From Macrostomum lignano (lineage: Eukaryota): a stretch of DNA of 64,000 bases. This document shows positions 50,650 to 64,000 of this stretch, one piece after another. Position numbers and translations under genes: made by a program. Numbering within the stretch: the first letter of the stretch is position 1; the number at the start of each line of letters is the position of its first letter. Below the pieces are notes generated by a model. It made no database searches. It was not told the DNA's origin and saw nothing but the letters and a program-made list of their open reading frames with translations. Location of the stretch: NCBI GenBank assembly GCA_002269645.1, contig NIVC01000606.1, positions 449,231 to 513,230 of the forward strand, given 5' to 3'.

Positions 50650-52435
50650 TAAAATTCATACACATACATCAGATAAAAGTGAAGAAGGTAGTGAGAATGT
50701 CAGAAGGTGCATAACAAAGTAAATAGCGAAATCGGACACGCGGTATATACTTTGGGGCATCTACAGAACGAAACAGGACATTTCGCATTTCGTCCAGCGA
50801 AATTATGGCGAAGGTCAATGAAAATTCATAAACAATAAGTTAATTCAGAGAAACCCACAATTCGGTTTTGTAACGAAAAAATCTTAGAAAGTAGTGTCAG
50901 TGTTAAACAAAAATCTTTCTGAGATTTGTCTTTAGAAGTTCATCAGTACAATAAAAGTTACTTATACGTAGAAAATTTAAATTTGGGTAAATTTACACTT
51001 ACCGGTTTGTCAGTATACTGTATATTGTTTCAAAGGTGAACTGTTGTTAGTTGTAGTTTCACCATCCAGGCCTGCTCTTACATTACCAGCCGCAGCCAGT
51101 CCTGGCTAGTTGGGGACGTACAATTCAAATCGTCCTTGGAAAGGTGTTTAAGTTGACTTACTTAAATAATGATTATTGGGTTTAAGAAGCTGGAAATTAT
51201 GATTTCGAATGCATGGAATTAAAAAATTATTGTAAAATGTGGATAATTTGTTGCCTTCGAACTGCAGCTTAAAGTGGAACTGTGTCGAATACATATGTAA
51301 GTGGCAATAAGACTTTGGACAACAAAGTGATGCAAACCCTACAGGCTTCAGCTTATCATTCCTTCACCGTTTTAGAATCTCGAGTTTTAAGATGGTACAG
51401 TTGTAGCTGCATGCGCCTCTAATAAAATCCTATACATTTAATTTATACATAAAACTCATTTTGTACATTTGTACTACGCAGCATACATTGTACAGGGTAC
51501 AGCTAGTGTGTATATGAATAGTATACTATATAGTGGTCTGATAGACTACAGTAAATGTAAACCATACATTTATTATTCTACATATATCATACTGGTAAAT
51601 GTACATTATTGCTGATTCATAGCAACGTGCATGCAGGCCCGGGAGTGCCGGCCAGAGAAGAGCCAATTAAAATTAACTAATTCGCGAGTGGTGACAGCCA
51701 GCTGCAAGAGAAATTCAGTAAAACTGTTTAAGATTTTCCGGTATAAAAGTACGTGTTGACGCGCGGCAACTCGGTCGGTAAAATTCAAGGCGTTAGAATT
51801 CACACTGTGATGATTTGTTTTCTAAATTGCAATGCAATGTCTCTGGAAAAAAACGTAATCGGCACTAATCATTGAGCCTGCACACCCATGTAAAATAGAG
51901 TAATGATGAAAGGCTTTCGAATGACAATGTACCTTGCACATGTACATTTAGATTTGTACATTCAGTGATTTTTGTGTGCATGTATTCATGTAAATAAGGC
52001 TACAGTGCATGCATTTAGATTTACATATAAATTTACGCAATTGAGGTTAAAGCCGACGAGTTAATTGACGTCATTCTGAATTCACTATATGCAATTCGAA
52101 CACTTCACTAAACTTATGCATGGTTGTGAGTTAATTTCTGACTGTGGAAGCAGAGCAAAGCTCGAGAGAGCTATGTAGGAAAAGAAAAATTATGCAAACG
52201 CGGGACAGATAAAGCTTGGGGTTTGGTCGCTTTATCTTTCAACGCTTTGATTATCTGCAGAGCTTAAAATGCTTGACGCCAAAATAATAAGAGGCCGCAG
52301 ATATTTTATCGAAAGTTGACAAAATTTTGCTTGAAACTGTAATGCGATCGGAGCAACGCACGCATGTAGGCTATCACTGGATCATTGTTGGAGCTTAGCT
52401 TTAATCAGTAACAAAAGCACAAAAACGACTCAAAT

Positions 52436-55264
52436 ATGCTCTACAAGCCTGGCAAGGGAAAGTCGGCAAAGCAGACTGGCGCTGGGAAGCAGAAATTTGC
52501 CAACGCCCAGCAGCAGTCGCAGAAGCAGCAATCAACGCAGCACCAACATCAGCACCGCTGGCACAGGCTGAGTCACCTCCTGAGCAACATCGGCCACCTG
52601 AGCTTCTTCGGATCCCAGCACAGCCTCGCTAGCACCAGTTCCGGTGGCGAGCAAGTCAAGCCCGACATCGATGAGTTCGCGCCACCTTGCAGATTCCCGC
52701 AACATCAGCTGCACCAGCACGGCAGTCAGGGCCGTTCCAAACTGGCTGTCAGCTGTCAGAATCTGGCCCAGATGAAGGAGACGCTTGACTTCGACGACGA
52801 CTGGATGGTCGGCGGCCAGCTGAGCCGGGACTGCGCCGCTGCAGCAGCGGGTACGAAAATATGGTAGCTCTGCTTGCGTACCATTGTCCCTAGATCCCTA
52901 TGAACAGATGGGCGCAATTATATGCACTCTACCTCCAAAGTCTGACTGGGATGTCAGATTTTTCTTCCGGAATGTTATGAAACAAATGTATGAGCTATTA
53001 CATGTGCGTTTCATGCAGTCTGTTTGAAGAGAAAGGAGAGTATAGATTCAGGAGCGTGAGTATAGTGTCAGGAGTGCCAGTATAGTGTCAGGAGTGCCAG
53101 ACAGTATAGTGTCAAGAGTGTCAGCATAGTGTCAGGAGTTCAAGCATAGTGTCAAGAGTGTCAGCATAGTGTCAGGAGTGCCAGACAGTATAGTGTCAAG
53201 AGTGTCAGCATAGTGTCAAGAGTGTCAGCATAGTGTCAAGAGTGTCAGCATAGTGTCAAGAGTGCCAGTATAGTGTCAGGAGTGCCAGCATAGTGTCAGG
53301 AGTGCCAGCATAGTGTCAGGAGTGCCAGCATAGTGTCAGGAGTGCCAGCATAGTGTCAGGAGTTCCAGCATAGTGTCAGGAGTGCCAGCATAGTGTCAGG
53401 AGTTCCAGCATAGTGTCAGGAGTGCCAGCATAGTGTCAGGAGTGCCAGCATAGTGTCAGGAGTGCCAGCATAGTGTCAGGAGTGCCAGCATAGTGTCAGG
53501 AGTGCCAGCATAGTGTCAGGAGTGCCAGCATAGTGTCAGGAGTGCCAGCATAGTGTCAGGAGTTCCAGCATAGTGTCAGGAGTGCCAGCATAGTGTCAGG
53601 AGTGCCAGTATAGTTCCATCACAATTATTCATTGCAGGCTTGGAGGAGCTGCGACGCGGAGCGAATCGGGTAGCCAAGTGGGCCACCGGGCTGGACCACC
53701 TGCTGGCTGACACCGACGGTGTCTGGGTGTTCGCCGACTTTCTCCGAACCGAATTCAGCGAAGAGAACATCCAGTTCTGGCTGGCTGTCGAAGAGTTCAA
53801 GCAACTGCCGACGGATGAACCTGGCGAGGTGAGGCTGGCAGCTCAGCTGAGAGCTTGTTAGTTTGAAGCTTTCGCGGTTAAGCAGAGTTGATCACAGTTA
53901 GTGCTCAGCTGAGTAGGCTGTATGAGCGTCATCTCCCAAGCCAGCCAACTGTGAGCCAGTTGCACATTTGAGCTCTGGGCTCCAGCTCACCCTGCTGTGA
54001 TTGGGCAGCAGCTGGGGTGCTGGGATGGCCCGAGTGCCCGCGGAAATCCATATTAGAGACACCTTGTTGGAGGCACCTAAGCAGTTAAGCTACCCGATGC
54101 AGTCTAGGTGGTGGTGGTGCGCTCAAGGGCGAGGATCGCTGATTGACTGTCTGAGTACAGGAGGATCTCCTTCTCCCAGACTCGCATTATGCCATGACGC
54201 AGCTTTTCCGAATGGTCACCACAATTTTTTCATCAATTTTCCCACCTGGGAGCTCATTTATCTAGTAAAGTCAATAACGTCTGCACCCTCTCTCAGCAGA
54301 TTCTCGCCGCGGCCCATCGTATCGAGCGACTCCACATTGGCTGCGAGGCTCCAGCGAGTATCAATCTGGACGGCGCCACCGAGCGCGAGGTGCAGCGTCG
54401 CCTGAGCAGCGGCCAGCTCGATGTCGGCATGTTCAACGCAGCGCAGAGCCAGATCTTCAACCTGATGCGCATGGACAGCTATGCTCGTTTTCTTAAGTCG
54501 GCGCTCTATAAAGACTGCCTGCTCTGCGAGCTGGAGTCGCGTCCTCTGCCGACGTCCGCCGCACCTCATCGACGAAGCAACGACTCGCTGCTGCAGTCAT
54601 CGATGCCGCCGGTGCGTGGGTCGCCGCAGAAAGCTCATGCAAGCAGGCGCCATCAATTCGGCAGTCAAGAACGGATGCTGGATGTCATTCGGCCTGCAGC
54701 GGATTCCGCCACATCAAACGGGACTAATCTGAAGAAATCAGACGTGAGCAGCGTCACTTTGAAGACCTACCGGAGTCGTGAGCCAAGTTTTATTGTTGCG
54801 GCTCTGGACTTGGACTGCGGATCCAGCGTGTGTTAGCAAGAGTGTACAAGCATGAAGTTCCATTTCTTTCGATGCCTGTGTGGAATTTATGCTCACTGCT
54901 CCAAATTACCTTATCACAGTAATTTGACGTTTAAATTATACAATAGTCGAAACGATTTGTACAAACTAAAATCAAGTTAAACACCGCTCTTGAAACTCCC
55001 TTCTCTGCTTACGTAGCTTACTGCATATGAATTACGAGTAGCACCGTGCTAGATCAAATTTTACGTGATACGTTTTCGACCTTCTTTAATTTGGCCTTTG
55101 ATCGGAAACAGCTTCTTTAGCCTCAGAATACAGAAAATAATCTCATGTCAGATGGTCAGCTCCAAGCTGGTAGCAGAGATGTGGCGAGCAGCTACTGCAC
55201 ATGTAGGTCCTGTTGGCTAAGAAGGCAGCGAGAGCCAAGCAGAGCGATTTCCAAAAGATTATAA
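52436..55264 (+). CDS. Regulator of G-protein signalling, R12-type (RGS10/12/14, loco-like) RGS domain; exons 52436-52850, 53638-53828, 54300(or 54297)-54743, probable 55121-55264 (alternative: read-through to stop 54836)
   Basis: RVAKWATGLDHLLADTDG..FADFLRTEFSEENIQFWLAVEEFK|ILAAAHRIERLHI...INLD...QIFNLMRMDSYARFLKSALYKDCLLCELESRPLP. Splice phases 1, 0, 0 are consistent. The last exon is less certain. Confidence 0.88.
53058..53612. repeat. 20-bp minisatellite (ATAGTGTCAGGAGTGCCAGC) in RGS intron 1
   Basis: About 27 units ending ~25 nt before the acceptor. Confidence 0.95.
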
Positions 55265-56861
55265 ATCAGCTAATCCGTAGATTAAACTAATCCATAACCG
55301 CCCCCTCAACCCTAGTTTGAGGATCCTAGAAGGGACTCCAAGCTATCCTGCCAACTGGTTTCTTTTGCTGCTGGGACTGGATCGCATTGATCATGCAGAG
55401 AGGACTTGTGCAGTAGGTTCTTGCGTTGGCGAGATTGTGAGTGACCGAATGCAGTACACATGTACACTTCACCGAATTGTGCAAATCGTCACCGGGCGTC
55501 GCCACCGGGGGCCCCAAATAAAAGCTATGGGGGACATGCCAATATGTTGTCCCTTACCCCACCTTTTTGTGACCCGTTGTGGAGATCAATAACAAATTAA
55601 TAAATTAATACGAAACCAAAATGAGTGCCTGTATAATGTCTGCGGCGCCAAAACGAATTCCTGCAGCACCAATTAAATGAGTGCTAACAACACCGATTCT
55701 CAAAATAATAATGTAGATGTAGGAATTTAGCTATGCACATGTAGAATTCTTGACTTGTCCCCACAACACAAAATCTATGGCGACGCCCCTGTTTAATAAC
55801 GAACCTCTCTAATGTAGCGCTGACGTAATCATTAATAATTAATCTTCAGAGGCTAACTAAAGCTATATACGGTGAACATTAAAAATAAATTATAATTTGC
55901 CCGCGGCTGCCTGACGGGGCACAAATGATATGCAGATGCATGCATGATCTGAATGATTCAATGCACTGATTGAACGACTGATCGACGAGATAGCTAGCTG
56001 TTTCGCCCCATATACTAGTGCGCCGCTCCCTCCTGTGTAATGTAGATCGTTTGTTGTAGAGCACTCCGATCGCTGCTGCGATGCGATAATTATCGAACAA
56101 TTTCTGCTTTAATTCAGCACAGATAAGCAAACAAGCAAAAATTAAAGTCCCTCTCCAGCTACCAAGAGTGTAGTTTCAGATGGGGGAAGCGATCATCTGA
56201 TTAAACAAGTTTTAATTATGTGACTGTACTTACATGCATGTAGCCTTTTCTCCCAACAATCAGATTATCAACGTGCCAACAACCTGCTGGTTTCCAAAGT
56301 GACCGAGGCTTTTTAGACAAATTACTGCTTGCAAATCAGCGCGTAAAAAAGTGACAAAACGCCACCGGCCCAGGTGGTCCGGAATAGAAACACAAATTAG
56401 GTCCTCTCGTCAAGATTTATTTAATATAATGTTGGAATAGTCGTTGAACCCATAAAATTTTACTTTTGAGTTTCGTATTTTTTCAAATAAAGCATTTTCG
56501 AAAGAGTAAGGCAAACATTTTCACATGTCAATTTTCATGTATAAGTTTTAAAAGTGGCCGGAATCTAAATTTTAAATGTTTTTCGATTAAAACAAATAAT
56601 TTTTGCTAAGAAGTAAATCCGAGTGAATAAACTACGTTGTGTATCCACATTATTTGAAAAACAGAAAATATATTTTTTTTATATCAAACAATTATGTGCT
56701 TTATTGTGTCATAAATAAATATATTACGTGTTACAAGATTTTTAAGAAATGCTTTTCTGCGAAGATCACGACATTCTTTGAACAGTCCTGAATCTTAAAT
56801 GTGTTGAAGTTTCATTATTTATATAATTTAATCTTACGACAACGTATTTAAAGCTTCGTTA

Positions 56862-59800
56862 ATGGGTGCTGAAAATAGCACACCTGTACCTGGAGGTGGG
56901 ACAGAAGGATATCATGTTCTTCGGGTACGCTATTCGTAATGTTACTCATTTTTTGACAATACTTTCTAGGAGAAATATTAGTTTATAAACTGTAAGCGTA
57001 ATAAATATGTGATTCATTCTAAAATGTAAGTGAAATGCTAATGTGAACAAAATGGTATAAAAAGCATATATCTTTAGGCAAACAAAACCAACAAAATATT
57101 ATTCATCTCGTATTAGACAAGTCACAACTCACAATCACAAGTAAAACCAACATGAACATAGTTGCGCAACCAGGATCGAGGGCAGTCAGTCCCCCTTAGG
57201 CGAAGACCTAAAAAATAAAGGACACTTATTATTAAAGTTTTTGGCAGACTCTAGCACAATTGATAATATAGTAGACCAGATTTATAAACATGTTGGCCCC
57301 AAAATAATGCTTCTAATGTATTCTTAAAGATATAAATCAAATAGGTTGTCACTTGTCCATTATGCTATGCATTTGATAATATAGATTTGCCAATATATTT
57401 AATTATTTTATATAAGTTAAGTAAAAGTACAATGATTACTATGGTGCAAGTCAATATAAAGTTTCTAAATACTATTTTTTTTAAATTATCTTGATGATTT
57501 CTTTGAATGTCTATTTAAATATATCTTAGGAAATCTATTTGGTTGTTAAGAATGTTCTTATAGTTTCTAGAACCTTCCTCCAAACTGAGTTTTTTAATGT
57601 AAATAAGAAGCAAAGTAATTGCCATCCAAATTGATCACTGCTTGCTATTTTTCAGGTAGAATTTAGAAATAATATTATCAGTCTAGAATTTCTTAGGTTT
57701 TGAGGAAAAAATTATTAAGCTAGTTATTCAAGGCTTCTTCATCAATAAAATTTTTGCTTGTTAAGATATTGGTTAGGGCCAAGAATAGATAGTAGTTACT
57801 AGGCACCAGGGTAGAAGAATATAGGGAATAAGACATTAGTTCCTAGCCAAATCTTAGCAATGTGGGGCAGACATTATTTTGCAAGAATTGGACCAAACCA
57901 TGATTCAGTTGCTTCTATGCAATGGTAGTAGCTAATCTGTCTAGCCTTTGGACCTTTGTACTAGTTAGCTATAATTGATATGTTGGATGACAGCAGCTCA
58001 TAGACCATACTCAGAAAGGTGGCCTGCACGTGGGAATTTTCCTGCGTGCACAAGCCACGCTAAAATTTTGGCGTGCAAAGTTGGCGTGCAAATAGGGGTC
58101 TCAAGCCACGCCTAAATTTTTAGCGTACAAGTTTTTTACTTGGCGTGTAACCTTGGCGTGCAATTACAAACTGACAGTATATCAACAAGTCAGATATAGA
58201 TGTATACACAATATATATATAATATATAAAGTTAAATGTGAACAATTGAATTTGAATATTGATTAAACCAACTAGTTGAGGCTACAGCCTAGCCTACAGC
58301 CAGGCCTACACTCTACAGCCTACATTAAAATTAAAATATCCAATAACTTTTAAACGCTCTTATTTTGTGACTCTTGTAGACTTAGTTTATTTGTTTCTTG
58401 AAATGTGAAGAAAAAGTTTTTGATACTCACTATGTTCTTTGTAGTGAATTTCCTTTTTTTATATAAACTTTGTTTAATGTAAGTAGAAAATTTATTTAAA
58501 AATAGTATCTAATACGGTTAATATTCAAATTTTTACAATTTACTGTAGGGTAAACAGACAGTGTAACCACTTTTGGCATACAGGATTTTGGTATACACAA
58601 TTTTCGGCGTACATGATTTTTGGTATTCAAGATTTTTGGCATGCAACAGAAACGTCATGTTAAGGGTTTTAAAAAATTGGCGTACATTGGCGTGCGCCAA
58701 GGATTTTTCCATAAATTGATTCCCGCGTGCACTTGCCACCTTCCTGACTATGGCTCATAGAGGATCACACCTTTATAGTCTTACCAAATGCATAGCATGA
58801 CCTTATAAAGGTGGAGTCTGGCCTTAGACTATGGCTTAGGGGTTGCATAAGAATTCACTTGACTGGCAATGCTTGATATTTATATGTAAATATAATTTTT
58901 ATTGCCAAAACAATCAACTTTAGCCACTTATACATATGCCAATAGAAAAAAAGATGTGGCCATCTCTGCCTTACATTTGTGGTCCCAATTGGACAATTCA
59001 TGGGATACCCATTGAGTCAACTTGTGCACCTTGCCCAGTTGATGCAAGTGAATGGCAATTGTTTGATGTCTACCCTAAGGACTTGCACCAACTTACAAGT
59101 AGTTTCTCGGATGTTAGCCTCAATAAGTGTGCACAGATAGTCATCATTCATGTCAGAAGGATATCCTAACCAGGGCAAATCTTTGAGGCTAAAATATCTT
59201 TGGCAAAACTGAGCAAACTAATCTTTGTAGTATGTTTAGACACTATACTGGCACCCAATGCACTGTTAATATAGTGGCTCAATTCAGTTGCTTTAATGCC
59301 AGATTTGAAGTTATAGAATAATAGGCCATTAATAAAGGGTTAATAGAGATCCATTTATTTGATCTGGCTTCAAAAGCAACAATCATGAAAAGTAATCTCT
59401 TAAGATTGCACATACTCACCCTCAATATATATCTACCCAGTAGGCTTCTAGAATGTTCCATAAAGTTTTTGGATCAAATTTTCTAGAAATTATGAGAATA
59501 TTCTCAATAAATATATATATAAAACTAATAAAAAGTAATATACAAATTATATAGAATATAGAAATAATAGATTAACTTATAAAAGCATTTCTACTTCAAT
59601 TTTTATATTTTTGCTTCAGCATTGCTTCTAATCCACAGATACTAAAATGACTAAATAGCTTTCTACTTTTAGTTTAATAGCAATGGAGAATATATAAGCT
59701 ATTTTATAAAAATAAAGGCAGCTAAAATGACATTGATAAGTTTAGAAGCTCCTGAGCTTGCAGGCATAAGTAGCTTGCAAGCTAATTGGTTTAGCAGTAA

Positions 59801-62655
59801 TGTACATTAGCCAGTCCACTGAAATGTACATGGCAACTTTAGGCTGGAGTTCCAAGAAAGGCAATAAAAATTGAGGCAGGGTATGGGAGCAGTGTGGAAA
59901 GGTGCATTTGAGGGTTTAGTTGGGGTAATAAAAGCCAATAAATGATTCTTATTTATATAAATATATTAAAATTCTTCTGTTTAACTTACTACTGAACTGA
60001 AAGTAGCTTACACGAAAATGTTCTAAGTGGCCCATCTAGTTATTCTAGTAATCTATGTTCTAATCTATTAATAATCTAAATTATCTAGATCTAGGCCTAG
60101 ATATGATAATTATCTTGTTTTTAATTGAAGCTCTAAATTAATGATTAGGCCTAATAATTATTTATTGTATAAGAAGAATGGCTAAAACTGAATTTATTTT
60201 AGATTTAGCCCACACCACCCCAACCATACAAATTTTGTTAAATAAATTTGCAATTTGTATCAGGTACAAGAAAACTCGCCAGGTCACAAGGCAGGCCTAG
60301 AGGCATTCTTTGACTTCATCATTGCTATTGGAAATACACGATTAGTAAGTTAAGCTCTATGTGAATTGCCTGTTTAATAAGCAGCAAATAGTTTATTCAA
60401 AATTTATTAAATCAAATTGCCTGTCTAAACCAAATTTCAGAATGAGGACAATGAGAACCTGAGAGACCTGCTAATCCAGCACAAGGACAAGCCTGTGCGC
60501 ACTCTGGTGTACAGCAGCAAGACTCAGAGCTGTCGCGAGGTCACCCTGGTGCCGTGTGAAGGCTGGGGCGGCCAGGGCCTATTGGGTGTCAGTATTCGAT
60601 TCTGCTCATTCGACGGGGCCAACGAGAACGTTTGGCACGTGATGGACGTGCAGCCGAATTCGCCTGCGGGTCTGGCTGGACTGCAGTCTGACACCGACTA
60701 CATTATTGGGGCCGACACTCTGTTGCAGGTCTGTTCTTTTTTGCCTTCTGCGGCACTGTCAGATCATTCTGTACTGACAGAGACACAGTCAAATCATTCT
60801 GTACTGACAGAGGCACTGTCAGATCATTCTGTACTGACAGAGACACTGTCAGATCATTCTGTACTGACAGAGACACTGTCAGATCATTCTGTACTGACAG
60901 AGACACTGTCATATCATTCTGTACTGACAGAGACACTGTCAGATCATTCTGTAGTGACAGAGACACTGTCAGATCATTATGTACTGACAGAGACACTGTC
61001 AGATCATTATGTACTGACAGAGACACTGTCAGATCATTATGTACTGACAGAGACACTGTCAGATCATTCTGTACTGACAGAGACACTGTCAGATCATTCT
61101 GTATTGACAGAGACACAGTCAAATCATTCTGTACTGGCAGAGATACTGTCAGATCATTCTGTACTGACAGAGGCACTGTCAGATCATTCTGTACTGACAG
61201 AGACACTGTCAGATCATTCTGTACTGACAGAGACACTGTCAGATCATTCTGTACTGACAGAGACACTGTCATATCATTCTGTACTGACAGAGACACTGTC
61301 AGATCATTCTGTACTGACAGAGACACTGTCAGATCATTATGTACTGACAGAGACACTGTCAGATCATTATGTACTGACAGAGACACTGTCAGATCATTAT
61401 GTACTGACAGAGACACTGTCAGATCATTCTGTATTGACAGAGACACAGTCAAATCATTCTGTACTGACAGAGATACTGTCAGATCATTCTGTACTGACAG
61501 AGGCACTGTCAGATCCCTCTAGCAAACAAAAAGTCAGGCTTAGGGGCACGTAGCCCAGTGGACTAGCGCTGCGCTCTGTTGTGCCAGCGGCCCAGGCTCG
61601 ATTCCAAGTGCAGTCACATTGATTTTGGGCTAAATTGGAATTTTGGCTTGGCTCCGCTCGTGCAATTAACGCCCCTGAGAGCCAACTCCAAGGCACAGTG
61701 AAGTGTACATGCCTAACGATAAAATAAAGTAAGGGGCGCTGTACACTCCTGTGTGAGTGTGCCTGTGCGTATGACTGCGTACGTATCCGCGCGTTTGTGT
61801 GACTGCTCAGAGGAGTCGGCGTAATGGGCAGTAATGCCTCTCGCCGGTTGTGTGACAATGTCACTTAAACTGCCGCATACTGAGTCGGAATAGCTCTGGC
61901 AACCCTCCGCAGGACTACGAGGATCTGATCACACTAATCGAGGCCCACGATGGCAAGCCGCTGAAGCTGTACGTGTACAGCACTGTGTCGGACTCCTGCC
62001 GCGAGGTGACGATTACACCCAACTCTGTCTGGGGCGGCGAAGGCCTACTTGGCTGCGGCATCGGCTACGGCTATTTGCATCGGATCCCCACGAGGGAGCC
62101 GCCGGTAGATCAGCTGACTCCGTTGCCTAGCGACGTAATGCGCGCTCCGGCTAGCGACGGATTTACTGAGGTAGAAGTTCGAGTCTTCAACAATATACTT
62201 TTATTTGTACTTTTTAGGCTTTGTCAAACTGAATACTCCATCATTTCAACAGGTTTCTGTTAATTTTTTATTAGTGTATTAGTATATGTGGACTAGCCAC
62301 CCCCCCCCCCCCACGGGGAAGAGATAAAATTTTGAATTGCAGCAGTTTTAAAACCATCCAATTACCATTCCGATTTGGTCACCAGACTTGATTTGAAATA
62401 TTTCAGGTGCCGCTCAGTTCAGCCGCCGCCACGCCCAGTGCTGCCCCCGCCCCCGTGTCTTCACCGCTGCCTCCGCCGCCGCCGCCGCCTCCACAATCGA
62501 TGCCGCCGCCCACCTATGCGGCTTCTCAATCGCTGCCGTCACCGCCGCCTCCGCCGCCACCGGCGCCAGTTTCTGCGGCTTCTCCACTGCCGCCGCCGCC
62601 GCCTCCGCTGGTGCCGCCCGAGACTTCTACTGCTTCTCCGGCGCCTCCGCCACCT

Positions 62656-62687
<32 letters not shown>

Positions 62688-62895
62688 GGCAGATTTACAC
62701 CTTCCACCAGTGAGCACAGAGCTCACTTTGCCCGGCATGCCGCCTGTGTCAGTTAACGTGCCGCCAATAGACCTGCCACCTCCGCCGCCGCCGCTGCCAC
62801 CAGCCGCTTTGGCTGCGGATACTCAAGCAGCTGAGCAACCACAGCAGCAGCAACAACAGTCGGAGTCTACGGAGAGCCCCGGCGTGGCGCCGTAA
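56862..62895 (+). CDS. GORASP2: Golgi reassembly-stacking protein GRASP55/65; exons 56862-56924, 60264-60344, 60441-60728, 61913-62170, 62407-62895
   Basis: [21 protein letters not shown]|[22 protein letters not shown]|NEDNENL...[26 protein letters not shown]...[15 protein letters not shown]|...[20 protein letters not shown]. Gly2 myristoylation site, two PDZ-like domains, Pro-rich tail. All introns are phase 0 GT-AG. Confidence 0.95.
58005..58753. mobile_element. Second MITE of the CCATAG-TIR family with perfect 8-bp TSD, in GRASP intron 1
   Basis: CCATACTCAGAAAGGTGGC / GCCACCTTCCTGACTATGG. CTCATAGA at 57997-58004 and 58754-58761. GGCGTGCA subterminal repeats. Confidence 0.9.
59634..60057. 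mobile_element. Third copy of the ~430-bp MITE-like repeat seen at 21768-22674
   Basis: Collinear match (AGCTTTCTACTTT..AAGCTATTTTATAAAAAT..GCCAGTCCACTGAAATGTACATGG..ACTACTGAACTGAAAGTAGCTT..GTGGCCCATCT). Confidence 0.75.
60755..61515. repeat. 30-bp minisatellite (AGACACTGTCAGATCATTCTGTACTGACAG) in GRASP intron 3
   Basis: About 25 units, with variant patterns recurring every 330-360 bp. Confidence 0.95.
61543..61870 (+). mobile_element. tRNA-derived SINE family B, copy with intact head
   Basis: GGGGCACGTAGCCCAGTGGACTAGCGC (A-box-like), GGCTCGATTCCA (B-box-like). Body shared with 16594-16865 and 45015-45120. Confidence 0.8.
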
Positions 62896-63174
62896 AGAGC
62901 TCCGATCGAGATAGCTGACTCGATCCTCAATTGGGAAGAAATTTTGACACCAGATTGTTATGTGCGCAGCCGCTTGTGTAATTCTTCATGCTATTAATAT
63001 ACAATATTGACGCCGTTTCTGTGCCTGTTAGCGTGTTTAATTTTATTTCTCATTTTGCTAAACTGTTCCTCAGTTGCCCCGCTGCGAACGTTATCAGTGT
63101 CCACAAGCGTCGCCATTGGAGTTGGCTTTTCAATAAGAAAAGGGCGTAGTCGGTATTTTTTATTGAAAAGCCGC

Positions 63175-63345
63175 ATCGTGAGGACGTCATCGTGGGGTGG
63201 CGTCATCGCCTGGAGGGGCACCATCGTGTGTGACGTCATCACCTGGAGGGGCACCTTCGTGGGTGACGTCATCACCTGGAGGGGCACCATCGTAGGTGAC
63301 GTCATCACCTGGAGGGGCACCATCGTAGGTGACGTCATCATCTGG
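63175..63345. repeat. 33-bp minisatellite (GTGACGTCATCACCTGGAGGGGCACCATCGTAG)
   Basis: About 5 units, each containing the palindrome TGACGTCA. Confidence 0.85.
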
Positions 63346-64000
63346 AGGGACGCGCTATCATGGGGGCGCCATCGTTTTTGCCAGCCTATTGGATGGTGCG
63401 GCCCCCTTACTCCTCAACCAAGAGTAAGCCACCAAGGAATTCATCGCAATGTCATGTATTTGAGTCTTTAAAAAGTGGCACGAGCCGCTCTTAAGTTGCC
63501 GCTTGTCACGGTTAACGCTTTCGCAGGGCTTGGCTCGCTCCCTCCCTTGCGGTTGCTGGATCTGATATTAACTATAGTGTATGCAAATTCTGTCTCATGA
63601 GATCCCCCCCATTTATGAACTTATCTGCAGAGCAATGCGGATCGGACTTCATTTTTTGTCTTTTTGAACAATTTTGTGATTTCTGACCTTACAATTTGAT
63701 TTCTTCACATTACTACTTACAAACTAGTAGTAAAGATAGGTGAATTAGCACAGCATGCGAGTCAAATTTTCATTTTTTTATATACTATTATAATTATAAT
63801 TATTATATATTTAGGCGTGAGATGACCACATTATTGTACTTGAGCAACTAAGCAATTTCAATTTTACCTACATTGTATGGTTATGTTAAAGTTTGTTAGA
63901 TACTACTTACAAGTAGAACATTTGCTGTTTAGCGTATACGGTAGCTTCTGATTTATTAGAAAGATTCGCAGACATTTGGTTAAGTGATTTTCTTTTATCT

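Noticed and set aside
55490-55791. Possible hAT MITE with GGGCGTCGCCA inverted ends
   Set aside because: Only an 11-bp match and no target-site duplication.
60729-61553. Extension of the GRASP exon 3 ORF through the 30-bp array
   Set aside because: Donor at 60729 splices in phase to 61913 and gives continuous GRASP homology.

Overview
Eukaryotic (animal) genomic DNA, not prokaryotic. It has spliced genes with GT-AG introns, GC-rich Ala/Gln/Pro-rich exons, AT-rich spacers and a very heavy minisatellite load. This style suggests the flatworm Macrostomum, which is my inference and is not proven. Gene models built by hand: a rhodopsin-class peptide-type GPCR with a frame break in ICL3, a caveolin with two alternative first coding exons, two intronless type I membrane proteins (one C-type-lectin-like), a His/Pro-rich 161-aa protein absent from the ORF track, a tandem pair sharing a divergent cystatin/stefin-like domain, TDP2, iodotyrosine deiodinase (IYD), an R12-type RGS protein and GRASP55/65. 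Repeats: about 20 tandem arrays, two tRNA-derived SINE families and several MITEs with verifiable 8-9 bp target-site duplications. Three dispersed ~65-bp copies of the 28S rRNA R2/I-PpoI target region are present, and in each the cleavage core is the most altered part. Most long ORFs in the supplied track are translations of tandem repeats.
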